DNA from: an uncultured Candidatus Saccharibacteria bacterium
GTDB taxonomy: Bacteria; Patescibacteriota; Minisyncoccia; UBA6257; GWB1-50-10
Direction: 5' to 3'
Length of the DNA: 59,621 bases
Assembly: GCA_964357525.1 (NCBI GenBank)
Contig: CAYHLH010000001.1
Location: 77,719 to 137,339, forward strand
The number at the start of each line of letters is the position of its first letter. Position 1 is the first letter of the stretch. Shown one piece after another: positions 51,408-59,621 of this stretch. A model generated the notes under the pieces. The model was not told the origin of the DNA. It saw only the letters and a list, made by a program, of their open reading frames with translations, and did no database searches. The position numbers were made by a program, and so were the translations under genes.

Positions 51408-52904
51408 ATGACCGAGAAACGCACGGTATTCCTCATTGTTCTTGCCATTCTTTTTATCGCGGCGTTCCTCCGCTTTCACTCCTTCTCCTCGTACCCGCCG
51501 GGGCTTTATCCCGACGAGGCGATGAACGGGAGTAACGCCCTCGAGGCCCTGCGCGGGGAATCCGGCGGATTCAAGGCATTTTACCCAGAAAACAACGGGA
51601 GAGAGGGTTTGTTCATAAACATCCAGGCGCTATTCCTCGGATTCTTCCTGAATTTCTTCGCGTTCCCCGAACCGTGGATGCTCCGGTTCCCCTCCGCGCT
51701 CTTTGGTATTCTGACCGTGCTCGGCGTGTTCTTCCTCGGGAGGGAGCTTTCCCGGAAAAGTGGGGGGAGCGAGCGGGAAGCGGCGGCGATAGGCGCCCTC
51801 TCCGCGTTTTTCATCGCCACGAGCTTCTGGCACATCAACTTCTCGCGCATCGGATTCAGGGCGATCATGGCGCCCTTTTTCCTCGCGTGGGGCTCGTATT
51901 TACTTCTCAGGGCCGAGGGAGCGTTGAAGAAGGGAGCGTACGCATTCCCGTTCCTAACTGCGGGAGCCGTGTACGGTCTTGGAATGCATTCCTATATTGC
52001 GTACCGAGCGACTCCTCTGCTTATGCTTCTGGCGTTCTGGTGGATGGTTTCAAAAAATGGATGGAAGCCGACCTTTAAGGCGTTTGGATTTTTCCTTATT
52101 GGTTCAATCATAGTCACGCTGCCGTTAATCATGTACTTCACGGCGCATCCAGCGGACTTTCTCGGGCGTACAACCCAGCTTTCCATATTTTCCTCCGCCG
52201 AACCTTTTCGGGATTTGTCTCTTAATATCGCTAAAACCGCCCAAATGTTCTTTTTTGTCGGTGACGGAAACGCGCGGCACAACCTGCCCGGCGCCCCCCA
52301 GCTTTTCCCGCTTGTCGCCCTCCTTTTCGCCGTCGGCATCGTGACTGGGCTCGCAACTATGTTTTCGCGGAAAAAAGTGGATTTCATGTTCACGTTCCTT
52401 TTCGCATGGCTAGTCGTCGCCTCTCTTCCTGTAATAATTTCAAACGAGGGACTTCCGCACGCTCTCCGCGCGATCTTGATGATCCCGGCGGCGTACATCC
52501 TTGCGGGATTCGGCGGGTGGAGGGTCTGGACAACGCTCCTGCGGCGCACGCACCCGAAGATTGCCTACACCTTCTTTCCCCTACTTCTCCTCGTCGTCCT
52601 TTTCAACGCGTACTATTCGTACTTCGTCCTGTGGGGCGAAAACAAAGAAACGAGAGGCGCCTTCGCGGCGCCTTACGTGGAGATCGCGAATTTCATGAAG
52701 GCGCTCCCGAGGACCATCCCGAAATACGTCATCGTTACGGCGGGCGGGGTAGACGTCCGCGGCCTGCCCGTCTCAGCGCAGACCGTGATGTTCCTTACGG
52801 ATTCCTTCACGCGGGAGGAGCAATCGAGGAAAAACATCCGCTACGTGCTTCCCTCGGAGGGAGTGCCCATACCGGACTCTGCCGCCATCTTCATCCTTCG
52901 CTAA
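51408..52904 (+). CDS. GT-C fold glycosyltransferase (GT39/PMT_2, ArnT-like), second copy
   Basis: Multi-TM, with YPPGLYPDEAMNG (DE loop motif). The start is ATG 51408 or GTG 51396. Confidence 0.75.
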   Translation: MTEKRTVFLIVLAILFIAAFLRFHSFSSYPPGLYPDEAMNGSNALEALRGESGGFKAFYPENNGREGLFINIQALFLGFFLNFFAFPEPWMLRFPSALFGILTVLGVFFLGRELSRKSGGSEREAAAIGALSAFFIATSFWHINFSRIGFRAIMAPFFLAWGSYLLLRAEGALKKGAYAFPFLTAGAVYGLGMHSYIAYRATPLLMLLAFWWMVSKNGWKPTFKAFGFFLIGSIIVTLPLIMYFTAHPADFLGRTTQLSIFSSAEPFRDLSLNIAKTAQMFFFVGDGNARHNLPGAPQLFPLVALLFAVGIVTGLATMFSRKKVDFMFTFLFAWLVVASLPVIISNEGLPHALRAILMIPAAYILAGFGGWRVWTTLLRRTHPKIAYTFFPLLLLVVLFNAYYSYFVLWGENKETRGAFAAPYVEIANFMKALPRTIPKYVIVTAGGVDVRGLPVSAQTVMFLTDSFTREEQSRKNIRYVLPSEGVPIPDSAAIFILR

Positions 52905-54220
52905 AGCCCCTGTATCTTGATGAGTCCGGAGGAGGAAATATCAACGCCTGTGGAGCTTGCGAAACGGTTATTCGGCTCCGAGATAGGCCCTTCCTGCCCC
53001 GCGCCGCCGGACCAGTCGGCCTGGCGGAACACCTCGTTCTTCCACCTGGTGAGGAACTCGGTGAGTTTCAGTTCCGCGATCGTCTGCGTGGTGACCCAAT
53101 TCACCGCGGCGGTGACCTTCTGCGTGGATGGGTCCTCGAAGAAGCCGCTGTCGCACGGTGAAGTATCTATTGTGCTCGATGCGGTCGCGCTCCGGCACGT
53201 GTTCTCTATGGAAAAGTAGCGGGTGAACTTCCGGCTTTGATACAATCGCTGTATCTCCGCGGCTGAAAGCGCGCGGTTATAGACGCGCACGTCGTCAAGC
53301 AATCCGTTGAAATAAGAACCGGACGAATCGGATTCCCTTCCGATGACGCCTGTGTTCGTCGTGCTCAAGGGCGCTGCGCTCGTGCGTGTGACGTCGAATG
53401 CGCCATCGACATAGAAGCTCAGATTCGTCCCCGAGAGCACGATTGCGATCAAGTGCCAACTCCCGTCGTTCACCGTTCTCACGGACTGCACATGGCCTCC
53501 CCCGCCGGAACTGTAGAAATCGGCGACGCCGGAACTCCATATATAGCTCAAGTAGCCGGAGGATCCCGACGGAGGCCCCTTGCCGACGAGTCCCTGTGCG
53601 GCGGTTGAAGTGGTTTTCACCCACGCGACTATGGAAAGGTTCCCGGTGATGTTCAAACCCGTGCTTGTCCCGAGCGCGATATTTGTGCTGGCGCCGTTAA
53701 GTACCAGACATCCGCCGACCGCGCAGATGGTCCCTGTCGCGCGCGTCCATGTTCCGCCGAGCGTGCCGTTCACCCCGTTCCCCGACATATCGTACGCTAT
53801 GGTGCCGGTGGACTCATCCAATCCCCATCGCCCCACGAGATTCGTTCTGACTTCGTTCTCCACCACCCCTTCCTCGCCCTGGATCACCTGAAATACGGTC
53901 CCGGACGCGGAGAGGAAATACTTCGTGGATGTCCCCTTCGTGAGCCCGTAGACGTTCTGCCAGTCGGCGGAGGACCACGCGCGGAGCTTCTCTATGGTTT
54001 CGCGTATGAGACCCGATGCGGACTGGAGATTCTGGTTCGTGCTTGTCGCGCGGAGCATAAAAGCGATGCCCAAGGCGGCGGCGCCGATGAGGATGGCGCC
54101 TATTGCAAGCGCGATGAGGATCTCGATAAGCGACTGGCCTGCCCGGCAATTTGGAATTTGCCTGCCCGCTTCGCGTTGCGAAGCAAGGCGGGCGGGGAAT
54201 TTGGAATTTGGAATTTTCAT
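52901..54220 (-). CDS. pseudopilin with LamG/ConA-like lectin domain
   Basis: Prepilin motif AG|QSLIEILIALAIGA after an unusually long leader. LamG_3-like block LVGRWGLDESTG...GNGVNGTL...LDDVRVYNRALSAAEI. Confidence 0.7.
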   Translation of the reverse strand: MKIPNSKFPARLASQREAGRQIPNCRAGQSLIEILIALAIGAILIGAAALGIAFMLRATSTNQNLQSASGLIRETIEKLRAWSSADWQNVYGLTKGTSTKYFLSASGTVFQVIQGEEGVVENEVRTNLVGRWGLDESTGTIAYDMSGNGVNGTLGGTWTRATGTICAVGGCLVLNGASTNIALGTSTGLNITGNLSIVAWVKTTSTAAQGLVGKGPPSGSSGYLSYIWSSGVADFYSSGGGGHVQSVRTVNDGSWHLIAIVLSGTNLSFYVDGAFDVTRTSAAPLSTTNTGVIGRESDSSGSYFNGLLDDVRVYNRALSAAEIQRLYQSRKFTRYFSIENTCRSATASSTIDTSPCDSGFFEDPSTQKVTAAVNWVTTQTIAELKLTEFLTRWKNEVFRQADWSGGAGQEGPISEPNNRFASSTGVDISSSGLIKIQGL

Positions 54221-54266
54221 TTTTACTCCGTGTTCAATCTAAATTCTGTATTCTATATTCAAAATT

Positions 54267-55319
54267 CTATTTGAGATCATTGTATATGTTCGCGATCTCC
54301 GCCGCGGAAAGGGCGCGCTCGTACAGGCGCACCTCGTCAATGAATCCTTCCAAGTATCCCGCGTTCCCTCTCCCTACCGCCTTCGGTGTGAATGCCCCGG
54401 ACCATGTTCCCGATGCATTCTGGCTCCCGTCGTAATAGAGCGCGAGGGCGCTCCCGTTGCGGGTAATCGCGTAATGCGTCCATGCGTCCAATGCCGTGGG
54501 CGTACCCGCGATGACCACATCCCCATCGGCCGGAGAGTAGAGCCGTAATCTGCTTGAAGTGAAATTGACATCTTGACCCGTCCCCTCCTGTCCGAAGATT
54601 GCATCCGCCGCAGCGATTGAGCCGGAAAGTTTCACCCACGCCATAAGGGTGAAGTCCCCCGAAAATGAAAGATCGGGAATATCCACCGACGAAGTGGCGC
54701 CGTTCAAGGCGAGGCATCCGCCGGCTTTGCAGTTCGTGCCCGAGGCCCACGTCGGGCTTCCCACAAACGTTCCGGTGTTCCCCTTCCCAGAAGCGTCGTA
54801 CGTCGCAGTGCTTGTCCCCTCGTCAAAGTGCCAATACCCGGCGATTCCCGTATCGGTGCGCGTGGTCACATGCCCCAAAAGGTTCACGACGATGTCGCCG
54901 AATAGACCGTCCGCGAGACCGGTCGTGAGAGTGATGACCTTGTTCGGCGAAATGGAACCCTCGATGGGGAGGAACACGATGTCCCTTGTCGAAGAGGGGC
55001 CGGGTTCCCCAAACTGCGCCGACCGCCGGAGAAGCAGGGATTGCGCGACTGTTCCTGACGCGAAACTCGTCCCCTTGAAGATGTACATCCGGTCCTTTCC
55101 GCTCTGCGCGTTCTCGAACCGCACGCCCCACCGCTTGCCGTCCTCCTGCGTGACGGACTTGCGCTGGACGTCGCGAATCAAGGCCGAGAGCTCGTTCAGG
55201 GTAAGCCGCAGGTCCTGCGAGGCCTTGTACCTGAACGCGGACACGACGGCGACCGAGGAGACCACCGCGACGATGACGGTGATGATGAGTATCTCGATGA
55301 CGGTAAAACCGCGTTGCAT
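54267..55319 (-). CDS. pseudopilin with LamG/ConA-like lectin domain
   Basis: MQRG|FTVIEILIITVIV prepilin motif. GYWHFDEGTSTATYDASGKGNTGTF ... IDEVRLYERALSAAEI. Confidence 0.75.
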   Translation of the reverse strand: MQRGFTVIEILIITVIVAVVSSVAVVSAFRYKASQDLRLTLNELSALIRDVQRKSVTQEDGKRWGVRFENAQSGKDRMYIFKGTSFASGTVAQSLLLRRSAQFGEPGPSSTRDIVFLPIEGSISPNKVITLTTGLADGLFGDIVVNLLGHVTTRTDTGIAGYWHFDEGTSTATYDASGKGNTGTFVGSPTWASGTNCKAGGCLALNGATSSVDIPDLSFSGDFTLMAWVKLSGSIAAADAIFGQEGTGQDVNFTSSRLRLYSPADGDVVIAGTPTALDAWTHYAITRNGSALALYYDGSQNASGTWSGAFTPKAVGRGNAGYLEGFIDEVRLYERALSAAEIANIYNDLK

Positions 55320-56524
55320 CAGAATTGTACCGTCAGCTGGTAGATGGGAATCACGATGGCGAGCGCGATCATCCCGACCACGAGCCCGATGAACACGAGC
55401 ATGACGGGCTCAAGGAACGCCACGAGGGTCTTCAGGGAATTGTCTATTTCCGAGACGTAGAATTCGGCGAGCGTCGCCAAGACCTCCTCGATGTGCCCCG
55501 CGTGCTCGGAGACCGCGATGAGGTTCACGACGGTCTTCGGAAAATAGGGCTCGCGCTTGAATGCCTCGCCGAGGGTCAGTCCCTTCGCGATGCCCTCCTT
55601 CGAGATGCGCACGAGGGCTTCCTTGAGCTCGATCTGCGCGACGGAGTCCGAGGTGATCTCAAGGGCCTCCGTGATGGGTAGGCCCGCCTTGATGAGCGAG
55701 GAGAGGGTGGCGGCGAAACGCTGTAGCGAGATCTTCTTGATGATGTCGTTCACGACAGGCACGGAAGACACAATTCCCACCACAAATTTCTTGAACCCGC
55801 GCGAGATCTTGTACCCGACGACGGCGACGATGGCGAGCGCGAGAAGGAATACGAGTATGTACCCGCCGAATTTCCCGAGGAAGAGCCCGACGGCAAAGAC
55901 GATCCTGGAGAAGAGCGGCGGCTGGAATCCGCTCTGCGAGAACACGCCGGCTATCTTCGGAAGGGCGAACATGATGAGGAATACGAGTATGCCGACCGAT
56001 GACGTGAGAAGTATTATCGGATAGAAAAGCGCGCTCTTGATCTGGTCACGGAGGGATTTTTCCTTGGAAAGGGAAACTGTCATGTCCTCGAACACCCGCT
56101 CCAAGCTTCCGGACGCCTCCGCGGCGCGGATGGAGTTTATGTACACCTGGCTCCAGGCGCGGCTGTGCTTCTCGAATGCCGCGTAGAACGGTTTCCCTTT
56201 TTCGAGATTGCTCTTCACCTCGAGGAGGAATTCCCGCACTATGGGCTTCGAGAAGTCCTCGAGAAGGATGTTGATGGCCTGAAGGAGCCCCGTGCCAATC
56301 TTAAGCATCAGCGCGAGGTATTTGGATATGAATATCTGGTCCGAGATCGTGATCCTCCCCTTGAAAATCTTTCCCTTGCCGCCGAACTTGCGGAGCGCCT
56401 TCACGCTCACGGGCTTCAAGCCCCGTCCCGCGATTATGGCGAGGACTTCCTCGACGCTCTTCGCTTCGACATCCTCTTCGAGTATCTTCTCCTCCGGATC
56501 GGAAGCGATGAAGTGGTACAGCAT
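55319..56524 (-). CDS. pilC: type IV pilus platform protein PilC (GspF family)
   Basis: 401 aa with two T2SSF repeats and three TM segments. Confidence 0.88.
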   Translation of the reverse strand: MLYHFIASDPEEKILEEDVEAKSVEEVLAIIAGRGLKPVSVKALRKFGGKGKIFKGRITISDQIFISKYLALMLKIGTGLLQAINILLEDFSKPIVREFLLEVKSNLEKGKPFYAAFEKHSRAWSQVYINSIRAAEASGSLERVFEDMTVSLSKEKSLRDQIKSALFYPIILLTSSVGILVFLIMFALPKIAGVFSQSGFQPPLFSRIVFAVGLFLGKFGGYILVFLLALAIVAVVGYKISRGFKKFVVGIVSSVPVVNDIIKKISLQRFAATLSSLIKAGLPITEALEITSDSVAQIELKEALVRISKEGIAKGLTLGEAFKREPYFPKTVVNLIAVSEHAGHIEEVLATLAEFYVSEIDNSLKTLVAFLEPVMLVFIGLVVGMIALAIVIPIYQLTVQF

Positions 56525-56526
56525 GA

Positions 56527-58242
56527 TTACTCCCTAATGATACGGAACACCTCCTCGATCGTCGTCATGCCGAGTTCGACCTTCCGCAGGCCGTCCTCGA
56601 CCATCGTCACCATGCCTTCCGCCCTCGCGGCGTTCCTCGTCTCGTCCAGGTCGAACTTCGAGCTCATGATGAGCTTGCGTATCCGCTCGGAGACGCCCAT
56701 CACCTCCGTGATGGCGAGCCGCCCCAAAAATCCCGTGTACCCGCATCCGATGCATCCCTTGCCGCGGTAGAAAACCTTCGGAATGCGCACGGAGGAGGAC
56801 TCCGCGTTCAAGATCTGCACCTCCCTGGCGATGCTATCGCGCACCTCGCGCTCGGGAATGTAGGATTCGATGCAGTCCTTGTGTATGGCGCGGGCGAGCC
56901 GCTGCGCGGAAATGACGTTCAGGACCGCGGCGACCAGGAACGGCGGCACGCCCATGTCAATGAGCCTCGGTATCGCCGTCGGGGCGTCGTTCGTGTGCAC
57001 CGACGAGAACACGAGGTGGCCGGTGAGCGCCGCCTGCACGGCGATGTCCGCCGTCTCGCGGTCGCGTATCTCTCCGACCATGATGATGTTCGGGTCCTGC
57101 CTCAAAATGCTCCGGAGCCCGTCCGCAAAGGTGATTCCCGCCGCGGGGTTCACCTGTATCTGGTTCACGTACCGTATGTCGTACTCGATGGGGTCTTCGA
57201 TGGTGACGATGTTCACCTCGGGGCGGTTCAGGGAATTCAATACGGAATACAGCGTCGTTGTCTTTCCGCTTCCCGTCGGCCCGCAGACGAGCACCATCCC
57301 GTACGTTTTTTTGACGCCTTCCTGGAACGTTTTTATGGAATCCTCGAAAAACCCCAATGCCTGGAACGAAAGCGGGCGCTGGGCCGCGGAGAGGATGCGC
57401 ATTTCCACCTTCTCGCCGTAGAAGGTAGGCACGACGGACACACGGATATCCACGAGGTCGTCCGCAACCTTGTAGCGGAAGCGCCCGTCCTGCGGGTGGC
57501 CGTGCTCGTCCACCCTGAGGGAGGAGAGGATCTTGATGCGGGCGACTATGGCGGGGCGTATCTCCTTCGGCATGGTGATGATCTCGTGGAGCACGCCGTC
57601 TATCCTGAAGCGGACGTAGACGGCATCCTCAAGCGCCTCTATGTGCACGTCGGAACTTCGCGAGGAAATGGCGTAGGAGAGGAGGTTGTCTACTATGGCG
57701 ACGACGGGGAGGTCTTCCCCCACTTCCTTAAGCGCCCCCCTCGCCTTCAGGCGCAGTGTTTCCTGCACGGACTCCTCGATGACCTTGCTGAAATCCTGCG
57801 TGAGCTGCCGGTTGTAGAGCAGGAACCCGCGGTTCAGGTCCTCGTCGGTGGCGAGGAAGGTCTTGATGGGCCCGCCGAGCCGGCGCTTGAGGAAGTCCGT
57901 GATCTCGAGGTTTGTAGGGTCCTCCATCGCGACGAGGAAGTTCCCCTTCGCGTCCTTTCCGAACACGATGGAGCGCTTCTGGCGCGCGATCTCCTCCGGG
58001 ATCTTCACGAGCGTCGTTTCGTCGATGGTGGTCTGCGCAAGGTTCACCCGCTCGAGGCCGAGCGTCTTCGCGAGTATAAGGAAGAAGTAATCCTTGGTGA
58101 CGACGCCCTCAGAGACGATGATGTCGATGATGTTCTGGTTTTTGCGCGCGGCCTCAGCCCTCACGAGCTCGAAGGAGGGCTCGTCGATGATGCCCGCCCT
58201 CATGAGCATTTCCTTCAGCTGGTTGTCGGCAAGGGAAATCAT
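56527..58242 (-). CDS. pilB: type IV pilus assembly ATPase PilB (GspE family)
   Basis: Walker A GPTGSGKTTT, Asp and His boxes, C-terminal CxxC pairs. Start at MISLADN, with TATACT 10 nt upstream. Confidence 0.92.
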   Translation of the reverse strand: MISLADNQLKEMLMRAGIIDEPSFELVRAEAARKNQNIIDIIVSEGVVTKDYFFLILAKTLGLERVNLAQTTIDETTLVKIPEEIARQKRSIVFGKDAKGNFLVAMEDPTNLEITDFLKRRLGGPIKTFLATDEDLNRGFLLYNRQLTQDFSKVIEESVQETLRLKARGALKEVGEDLPVVAIVDNLLSYAISSRSSDVHIEALEDAVYVRFRIDGVLHEIITMPKEIRPAIVARIKILSSLRVDEHGHPQDGRFRYKVADDLVDIRVSVVPTFYGEKVEMRILSAAQRPLSFQALGFFEDSIKTFQEGVKKTYGMVLVCGPTGSGKTTTLYSVLNSLNRPEVNIVTIEDPIEYDIRYVNQIQVNPAAGITFADGLRSILRQDPNIIMVGEIRDRETADIAVQAALTGHLVFSSVHTNDAPTAIPRLIDMGVPPFLVAAVLNVISAQRLARAIHKDCIESYIPEREVRDSIAREVQILNAESSSVRIPKVFYRGKGCIGCGYTGFLGRLAITEVMGVSERIRKLIMSSKFDLDETRNAARAEGMVTMVEDGLRKVELGMTTIEEVFRIIRE

Positions 58243-58266
58243 CTCACTATCAAGTATACCAGAAAG

Positions 58267-58296
58267 AAAAAACACCGAGAATTCTCGGTGTTTTTT
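58267..58296 (-). terminator. intrinsic terminator after the pilin gene
   Basis: aaaaaacaccgagaattctcggtgtttttt. Confidence 0.8.
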
Positions 58297-58310
58297 CGCG
58301 GCATTTCGCG

Positions 58311-58865
58311 CTACAGATCCAATCCGGGGTCGTTCCCTACTTCATACCAGGTGTCGGAGTTCCCGCCGTCCTTGTTGTTGGACTCGACGTCGGAAGCGCC
58401 TCCGTTCGCGTACTTCCCGCTCTCCATGTTCGCGTCGAGCTCATACGTAAGCAGCGTGGAAGAGGCAATCTTAAAGCAATACTTGTTGGTCGAGTCATTA
58501 GTCGGGTCGAGCGGAAGCCGCGAGAGCGGGGAACCGCCAGAAATACTTCCAAGGTTCACATTGACCCATCCCGCGCCGCCGGTGGTGGTGAGCGAGCTTG
58601 AAACCGCGGCGTCGAATCCAGTCGGGTTATCGGTTGAGGTTGCCCTCGTGCACGTCGTCGTTGCGGTGAATACCGGTGAAACGACGTCCGAAAGGTAGAG
58701 CGCAAGCGCCGAGTGGATTGCCGACAAGTCGGAAATACGGGTGGAATCCCTTCCCTGTCGCACAAGCTGCGCCGGGTTCAGAATGACAACTACTGCGGTC
58801 GCCAAAACGGCCACAATAGCGATGACGACCAGAAGTTCGATGAGGGTAAAGCCTTTTGTCTTCAT
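58311..58865 (-). CDS. type IV pilin (probable major pilin)
   Basis: MKTKG|FTLIELLVVIAIVAVLA class III signal. Confidence 0.85.
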   Translation of the reverse strand: MKTKGFTLIELLVVIAIVAVLATAVVVILNPAQLVRQGRDSTRISDLSAIHSALALYLSDVVSPVFTATTTCTRATSTDNPTGFDAAVSSSLTTTGGAGWVNVNLGSISGGSPLSRLPLDPTNDSTNKYCFKIASSTLLTYELDANMESGKYANGGASDVESNNKDGGNSDTWYEVGNDPGLDL

Positions 58866-58958
58866 TTGTTTTAACTCAAACGACCTTTAGGGAAAGTATA
58901 GCATTTTTCGGAATTGATGGGAAAGGGGGTGTGGATTACTCGCCGCGGAGGCCGGGCT

Positions 58959-59345
58959 TTACTTGGCTTTTGAGAAGAAAACCTCGATGTTCTGGAGTAT
59001 CTCGTCCATCGAGATCTTCGCCTTCACGAAGTAACCCACGGCGCCGAGAGATTCCCCGCGCTTGATGTCGGACTCCTGTCCGAGGTTCGAAATGATGATG
59101 ACGGGGGGCTTTCGGTACTCGGGGCTCGTAGTCATGGTCTCCATGAACTCGAACCCGGACATCCCCGGCATGATGATGTCGAGTAGGATGAGGTCCGCGG
59201 GGGTTTCCTTGAGGAATTTGAGGACGTCGGAGGCGTTCTGAAATACGGTCGCCTTGTGCCCCGAGCGCTCCAGGCGCTGTTTCAGGAGGTTTCCGAGGAG
59301 GAACTCGTCCTCGACGATAAGGATGTGTTTTTGCTCCGGCGGCAT
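58959..59345 (-). CDS. single-domain response regulator (CheY-like receiver)
   Basis: Start at MPPEQKHILIVEDE. DLILLDIIMPGMSG phospho-acceptor Asp region and the conserved K (YFVKAK). Confidence 0.85.
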   Translation of the reverse strand: MPPEQKHILIVEDEFLLGNLLKQRLERSGHKATVFQNASDVLKFLKETPADLILLDIIMPGMSGFEFMETMTTSPEYRKPPVIIISNLGQESDIKRGESLGAVGYFVKAKISMDEILQNIEVFFSKAK

Positions 59346-59568
59346 ACGGATTTCAGTATACAGAAATTTTTCTCGTTGTTCCAATAGCGAAGAACCGAAT
59401 TGTTTCGAGTGGAACGGTCATCCACATAAATGAATAATATAGCCCGGTGCAAGGATGCTTCCAAAGCATGACACCCCTTTTCGCGAGCATGCGCTCACGA
59501 ATAGAAGTGAAATGCCTACCGCGTCCGCCGGTCGGCGGAGCAGTTTGCACGCAAAAGCTATCGACGTT

Positions 59569-59621
59569 GAGTTAATTGGTCCACGAGCAGCTTCCGCTAC
59601 CCGTGCCTTGTTACGACTTCG
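59569..59621 (-). rRNA. rrs: 16S rRNA, 3'-terminal ~50 nt (gene continues beyond the window)
   Basis: The rc reads GAAGTCGTAACAAGG-CACGGGTAGC-GGAA-GCTGCTCGTG-GACCAATTAAC, i.e. the universal 1492 region plus helix 45 with a GGAA loop. The exact 3' end is approximate. Confidence 0.8.

Noticed and set aside
56881-58698. 605-aa plus-strand ORF spanning pilB and the pilin gene.
   Set aside because: It is antisense to two well-supported genes and is R/G/E/D-rich with no motifs, so it is a GC-driven artefact.

Overview
Chromosomal window from a small-genome bacterium that looks like a Patescibacteria/CPR-type organism. That assignment is inference from gene content only, since no search was possible. 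There are about 75 protein genes, nearly all on the minus strand. GC-rich core genes are interrupted by clearly AT-rich islands. Core content: an hrcA-grpE-dnaK-(membrane protein)-dnaJ heat-shock operon with a CIRCE operator; rplJ-rplL; serS, lysS, proS, greA; a cell-shape cluster (mreB-mreC-mreD-PBP2, a second mreB, an FtsQ-like gene); infA-rpmJ-rpsM-rpsK-rpsD-rpoA-rplQ-rplM-rpsI; frr, rseP, holB, pgk, xth, rnhA. There is an envelope-glycosylation set (GalT, GT2, GtrA, two GT-C enzymes), a type IV pilus block (response regulator, pilin, PilB, PilC, two LamG-domain pseudopilins) plus one more pseudopilin, and a VirD4/TraD-like ATPase. RNA genes: tRNA-Val(CAC), RNase P RNA (type A), and the last ~50 nt of a 16S rRNA at the right edge. 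No transposase, integrase, phage block or CRISPR array was seen. Main second-look items: (1) a five-copy, ~180-225 nt three-helix intercistronic element (E1) with covarying stems and an embedded mini-ORF that always ends just before the downstream start codon; (2) two further intergenic repeat families (F2, F3); (3) small HTH regulator genes bracketed by their own palindromes or direct repeats; (4) a 16S 3' tail with no CCUCC anti-SD, combined with pervasive -10-box-N6-10-ATG (leaderless-type) gene starts, while three AT-island genes carry textbook GGAGG; (5) RpoA without a C-terminal domain; (6) pilin-like genes paired with GT-C glycosyltransferases, and LamG-domain pseudopilins.
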